Part shown: one piece after another, positions 58,358 through 64,000 of the stretch
Numbering within the stretch: position 1 is the first letter of the stretch
Layout of the letters: each line of letters opens with the position of its first letter
Source of the DNA: Squalus acanthias
Lineage: Eukaryota
NCBI GenBank assembly: GCA_030390025.1
Contig: CM059432.1
Location: forward strand, 132,186,001 to 132,250,000
DNA length: 64,000 nucleotides
Direction: 5' to 3'
Notes under the pieces: generated by a model
What the model saw: the letters and a program-made list of their open reading frames with translations, nothing else
Told to the model about the DNA's origin: nothing
The model's database searches: none
Translations under genes and position numbers: made by a program

Positions 58358-59101
58358 TTTCAAATAAAGCTGTTGGACTATAACCTGGTGTTGTGCGACT
58401 TCTCACATTTGTCCACCCCAGTCCAACACCGGCATCTCCACATCATGTCTAAACTCAAGGCAACACAAGCCAAGTTTATGCAACCTTGTAAAGACTTCAA
58501 GGCAATATTACTAAGCCCAATTGCATTCATTTGGCATCTTACCCCACATATATAATGTTGATTTGTGAACTGAAACCTTTTATAATGCACAGCCAGTCAC
58601 CAAGAAGTCCAATCGGGAATTCAGAAGAAACTTATTTACCCAGCGAGTGGTGAGAATGTGGAACTCGCTACCACAGGGAGTGGTTGACGCGAATAGTATA
58701 GATGCATTTAAGGGGAGGCTGGACAAGCATATGAGGGAGAAGGGAATAGAGGGTTATGCTGATAGATTTAGATGAGGAAAGACAGGAGGAGGCTCGAGTG
58801 GAGCATAAACGCCGGCATGGACTGGTTGGGCCGAATGGCCTGTTTCTGTGCCGTATATCCTATGTAATCCTAACTGGCAGTGCATTCTACATTCACAGGA
58901 CAAACCTGGCTCATTATTCAAAACGTCTGTATTCCAGACCCTATGGCAGCCCAGAGGAACCAAGATTGAGGGTGTGCTGATGTAACTATTTTAAATAAAT
59001 ATGTTTTTTATTTAAGTAGTTTCAGGAGGGATAAGGGTAACTCAATATCATCAAAACAAAGCCTTCGAACCCAGTCCTAAAACGTCACACTCAGTCATAG
59101 T

Positions 59102-59538
59102 GTCAGCTGTGGCTCAGTGGGTAGCACACTCGTCTCTGGGTCAGAAGGTTGTGGGACTTGAGCACATAAAGCTAGGCTAACACTCTAGTGCAGTGCTGAG
59201 GGAGTGCTGCACTGCCGTCTTTCGGATGAGATGTTAAACCGAGGCCTCGTCTGCTCTCTCAGGTGGACGTAAAAGATCCCATGGCACTATTTTGAAAAAG
59301 AGCAGGGAAGTTATCCCTGGTATCCTGGCCAATATTTATCCCTCAACCAACATCACAAAAACAGATTATCTGGTTGTTATCACATTGCTGTTTGTGGGAG
59401 CTTGCTGTGTGCAAATTGGGTGCTGCGTTTCCCACATTACAACAGTGACTACACTCCAAAAGTACTTCATTGGCTGTAAAGCACTTTGAGAAGTCTGGTG
59501 GTCATGAAAGGTGCTATATGAAGGCAAGTCTTTCTTTT
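59102..59538 (+). mobile_element. SacSINE1/Deu-type SINE
   Basis: GTCAGCTGTGGCTCAGTGG head, conserved body and L2-like tail. Confidence 0.85.
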
Positions 59539-59735
59539 TATTAATCTGTCTTTTCCTCTTTATAGATGCTAATTAACCTGCTGTGCATTTCAAACATTTC
59601 CTGTTGGTGAAGTTGATAAGATCTTCAGATGGCATAGCCAATGTGGGTGGCATCAATGGCAGCTGGCACTTATGGGACTCCAGCCACTCAGGAGAAGTTC
59701 TCTGCTTTGCTGGGTCCATGTGGAACACAATGAAC

Positions 59736-59984
59736 TCAAAGGCGTGCCTGAAAAGGGCAATCCTTCAAATGTCCACTGCAGCGATGACCTGCTGACTGAC
59801 TGATGTGCCTAATGTCACCAGAGGTCAAATGGGAGCACGAGGGTGTATAAACGTTAAGTGCTGTTGTCACCTTCTCAGCCACAAGCAAGGCAGTGCCCCT
59901 GGTGAAAAGAGGTTGCGAGTCAGGTTCCAGTACCTGGCATATCTCTGTCACGGTGTCAGGGGAAAACACAATCTGTCCAGTCAC
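59736..59984 (-). pseudogene. Highly decayed Harbinger transposase fragment
   Basis: DTVTEICQVLEP...ALLVAEKVTTALNVY...GDIRHISQSA. Confidence 0.65.
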
Positions 59985-60289
59985 TGCCTATAGGAAAAAT
60001 TCAGGTAGGGCCTCCATATCTGTAGACTTTGTGGCATGGATACCTACCTGCGTGCATGATGCCGCAATCTCCTGCATCCATCCTTTAATCTTCCATGTCC
60101 TCATCAGCCTCCTCCTCAAAGCATAGGAACCTCTGAGAGAAATCTACTAATTCACTATGCAGAGCTCCCTTCAAATTCTCAACAAGTTTCACAAAGTGCC
60201 TTTAAATGCTCAGAAACTGCAGCTTCAAAGAAGTAGAAGTGACTCCCAGCCAAAATCCTGCTGTAGATTTGCCCTCCCATGTGACCTTT

Positions 60290-60674
60290 CACCTTCCCAA
60301 TCTCTTTCCATCAACTCTCCTGGCCGGCCTCCCAATTTCCACCCTCCGTAAACTTGAGCTCACCCAAAATTCTGCTGCCCGTGTCCTAAGTTGCACCAAG
60401 TCCCGTTCACCCATCACCCCTGCGCTCGCTGACCTACATTGGTTCCCGGTCCAGCAACGCCTCAACTTTAAAATTCTCATCCTTGTCTTCAAATCCCTCC
60501 ATGGCTTTGCTCCTCCCAATCTGTGTGACCTCCTGCGGCCCTGCAACCCTCCGAGATATCTGCACTCCTCCCATTCTGGCTTCATCGCTCCACCATTACC
60601 AGCCATTCCTTCAGCTGCCATGGCTAAAGCTCTGGAATTCACTCCTTAAACCTCTCCACCTCTCTCTCCTCCTT
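60290..60674 (+). mobile_element. L2 LINE 3' region (resumes at about 62355-62505 after the CR1 insertion)
   Basis: LAGLP...QNSAARVL...PITPALADLHWFPVQQRLNFKILILVFKSLHG. Confidence 0.82.
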
Positions 60675-62354
60675 TAGAAACATAGAAACATAGAAAATAG
60701 GTACAGGAGTAGACCATTCGGTCCTTCGAGCCTGCACCGCCATTCAATGCGTTCATGGCTGAACATGCTACCTCAGTACCCCATTCCTGCTTTCTCGCCA
60801 TACCCCTTGATCCCCCTAGTTGTGAGTGTTATATCTAACTCCCTTTTGAATATATTTAGCGAACTGGCCTCAACAACCTTCTGTGGAAGAGAATTCCATA
60901 GATTCACCACTCTCTGGGTGAAGAAGTTCCTCCTCAGCTCAGTCCTAAATGGCTTCCCCTTAATCCTTAGACTGTGACCCCTGGTTCTAGTTTTCCCTAC
61001 CATTGGGAACATTCTGCCCGCATCTAATTTGTCTAAACCAGTCAGGATTTTAAATGTCTCTATAAGATCCCCCCTCATTCTTCTGAACTCCAGAGGATAC
61101 AAGTTCAGTTGACCCAATCTTTCTTGATATGTCAGTCCGGCCATCCCAGGAATCAATCTAGTGAACCTTCGCTGCACTCCCTCAATAGCAAGAATGTCCT
61201 TCCTTAAGTTAGGAGACCAAAACTGCGCACAATACTCCAGGTGTGGCCTCACCAAGGCCCTGTACAACTGCAGCATCACCTCCCTACTCCTGTACTCAAA
61301 TCCCCTTACTATGAAGGCCATCATTCCGTTTGCTTTCTTGACTGCCTGCTGCATTTGCATTCCCACCTTCAATGACTGATGTACCATGATGCCCAGGTCT
61401 CGTTGCACCTCCCCTTTCCCTAATCTGCCACCATTCAGGTAATAGTCCGCCTCTCTATTTTTACCACCAAAGTGGATAACCTCACATTTATCCACATTGT
61501 ACTTCAGCTGCCATACATTTGCCCATTCACCCAACCTGTCCAAGTCACTCTGTAGCCTCCTAGCATCCTCCTCATTGTTCACACTGCCTCCCAATTTAGT
61601 GTCATCCGCAAATTTGGAGATATTACATTTAATCCCTTCGTCCAAATCATTAATATATAATGTAAACAGCTGGGGTCCCAGCACCGAACCCTGCGGTACC
61701 CCGCTGGTCACTGCCTGCCATTCTGAAAAGTACCCATTTACTCCTACTCTTTGTTTCCTGTGTGCCAACCAGTTCTCAATCCACGTCAACACATTACCCC
61801 CAATCCCATGTGCTTTAACTTTGCTCACCAATCTCTTGTGTGGAACCTTGTCGAAGGCCTTCTGAAAGTCCAAATACACCACATCTACTGGTTCCCCCCT
61901 GTCCACCCTATTCGAAACATCCTCAAAAAATTCCAGAAGATTTGTCAAGCATGATTTCCCTTTCACAAATCCATGCTGACTTGGACCTATCATGTCGCCA
62001 CTTTCCAAATGGTCTGTTATGACATCTTTAATAATTGCTTCCATCATTTTACCCACAACCGATGTCAGGCTGACCGGTCTATAATTCCCTGCTTTCTCCC
62101 TCCCTCCTTTTTTAAAAAGAGGGGTTACATTGGCCACCCTCCACTCCATCGGAACTGATCCAGAGTCTAAGGAATGTTGGAAAATGATCGTCAATGCATC
62201 CACTATTTCCAAGGCCACCTCCTTAAGTACTCTGGGATGCAGACCATCAGGCCCCGGGGATTTTTCAGCCTTCAGTCCCATCAATTTTCCCAATACCTTT
62301 TCCCGACTAATAAGGATTTCCCTCAGCTCCTCCCTCTTACCAGATCCTCTGACC
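60675..62354 (-). mobile_element. Young 5'-truncated CR1 LINE with uninterrupted RT ORF
   Basis: ORF 60773-62404 (543 aa, first ~17 aa from flanking L2) with [33 protein letters not shown] and SKFADD; clean tail repeats; CCTTTA on both flanks. Confidence 0.93.
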
Positions 62355-63019
62355 CCTTTAAGACGCTCCTTTAAACCTACCTCTTTGACCAAGCTTTTGG
62401 TCACCTGTCCTTATGTGGCTCGGTGTCAAATTCTGTCTGGTGATGCTCCTGTGAAGCCCCTTGGGACATTTTACGGAAGGCGCTACATAAATGCAAGATT
62501 TTGTTGTGGGTTATCATACAGGTCCAGCATCACCACCTTTACAGCGGCGAATTTCAGGGGTGGTAAGTGACAGGAAATGCAGGGAAATCTCTGGGGGCCT
62601 TAGGCCACAACCTCCTGCTTCATTTAAATGTGGTGGACGGGCTTCCAGTAGGCAGAACAGGGTCACAGGATGGACATTGCGGGGGATATCTTTAGGGACA
62701 GAGTTTCGGCAGAGGGATCTCTCCATCTCATTTAATTTGCCAGACCACCTGAAGACAGCCCAAAAATGGGCATTCTTTATAAGCAAAATCCAGACTATGG
62801 TGTCACAGAGATGAGGGATGTAGGTTTGATTTCCCCACTATGCTAAGTTCCTGATTTCAGCTTCTATTCCATAGGTAGAAAAAATCAGAGGCATGGTTGT
62901 TGCCAGATTACTGTCGTAGCCTCCCTGTGGCTTGGTGAAGTATAGCAATGGAAGAAATCTGGAAGCTGATAGCCCTCCTGGTCTTTGTTATTTTTGTGAG
63001 CATAACAGTGTTTAAAATG

Positions 63020-63474
63020 TTTAGAGTTCAACAATTTCAGATCATAGCCCCGGCCCCCATCACATATATATGTATATATATTTTTTTTTATCCACCCTTT
63101 TGTTTGGCCTTTTTTTTCTTCCCTCCCAGAAGCTGGCAGTTGTCCTTCATTCTGCCAGCTCATTTCACACTTCATCTAACTTCAACCTGTCACATTAACA
63201 CCTCCTCTTGCCTTGAATATCTCTTAATCTCTCCTGCTTTCTATCCTATCACTGACCTTCCCTTTTGTTCTTTCATCCCCTCCCCTTTTCCCAGCATTAT
63301 ACTTGCTTTAAAATCTATTTCATTTCCTGCTTTTTTCCAGTTCTGACGAAAGGTCTTCAACCTGAAACGTTAACTCTCTTTCTCTCTCCACGGATGCTGC
63401 CTGGCCTGCTGAGTTTTTCCAGCGTTTTCTGTTATTTCGGATTTCCAGCATCCGCAGTATTTTGCTATCGTATT
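63020..63474 (+). mobile_element. Penelope-like element 3' remnant, family A (ORF end plus terminal repeat)
   Basis: EFNNFRS* ORF end; perfect 13-bp TSD AGTGTTTAAAATG (63007-63019 / 63475-63487). Confidence 0.8.
63339..63375 (+). ncRNA. Minimal type-I hammerhead ribozyme, family A
   Basis: AGTT-CTGACGA-A-AGGT(CTTCA)ACCT-GAA-ACGT-T-AACT. Confidence 0.65.
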
Positions 63475-63803
63475 AGTGTTTAAAATGCATTAGAGATTGT
63501 GTCACGTTGAAGGATAATGAGGCCTATAGTTGGAGGACTCAACAGTTTCAAACTTATGCAAAAAACATTGAGATATCACTGAAGCGTATTAGTGTAAGAG
63601 AACGAGAAGTATTAACCCCCACTTCCAACTTAGCTTCAATAGCGTATGTTTGGTACTGCTCCAAATGGAACAGTCTCAATCTAACTTTGTGAAAATCTGC
63701 CCCTAAAAATTGCCTTGAGTGGTGCTTTAGACATGTGCTTTAAGGTAATTATGGTAAGTTTTGGATTACTGCCAATGCTAATAACTCAAGTGGTAAGAGT
63801 GTC

Positions 63804-63998
63804 TCACACGGGACAACGGAAGCCATTCAATGTCATGTCAAAGGATGACACACCAGCAGATAGAGCATTTGTTGTAGTAAAAGCTTGCTGAGGCAGCCGA
63901 TACTGCGACGGACTCTTCAACATGGGTCTTTGGAGCAGGGTCTTCCTGGCTGTTTCAAGTACTGGTGAAAGCTGACAATTTTCTGATGTGCTGATCCT
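63804..63998 (-). CDS. Possible terminal coding exon of an unidentified gene running off the window edge
   Basis: Open frame RISTSENCQLSPVLETARKTLLQRPMLKSPSQYRLPQQAFTTTNALSAGVSSFDMTLNGFRCPV*, non-repetitive and followed by AT-richer sequence; no recognised homolog. Confidence 0.3.
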   Translation of the reverse strand, partial: RISTSENCQLSPVLETARKTLLQRPMLKSPSQYRLPQQAFTTTNALSAGVSSFDMTLNGFRCPV

Positions 63999-64000
63999 GA

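Larger units (their letters stand above)
58230..58446. mobile_element. Inverted pair of Penelope family-B repeats with two hammerheads
   Basis: Perfect 12-bp TSD GTCTAAACTCAA (58218-58229 / 58447-58458); inverted arms of about 86 bp; inserted in a CR1 tail. Confidence 0.82.

Overview
Eukaryotic genomic DNA, almost certainly a shark or other elasmobranch (HE1-type V-SINEs, SacSINE1/Deu-type SINEs, abundant CR1 and L2 LINEs, Penelope remnants). Host genes: the last coding exon of a 60A-class BMP (BMP6 by sequence and synteny; + strand, 129-278) lies tail-to-tail with a complete 10-exon TXNDC5/ERp46 gene (- strand, 32236 to 1871, 403 aa, three WCGHC thioredoxin domains, C-terminal RDEL, one GC-AG intron). 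The remainder, especially 33-64 kb, is mostly decayed transposons: a near full-length two-gene PIF/Harbinger element (Myb/SANT gene plus DDE transposase, both defective), a second Harbinger copy interrupted by an internally deleted LTR retroelement with a tRNA-Arg PBS, many Harbinger, hAT and Tc1/pogo MITEs, and a five-layer nested insertion. The most notable signals are (i) two families of minimal type-I hammerhead ribozymes in Penelope-like terminal repeats, several in TSD-flanked inverted or chimeric insertions whose breakpoints sit near the predicted cleavage site, and (ii) Harbinger MITEs carrying conserved hairpins and consensus splice signals on both strands, including a ready-made cryptic exon in two TXNDC5 introns. 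Most ORFs in the supplied track are spurious or TE fragments. All calls were made by eye; no database searches were run.
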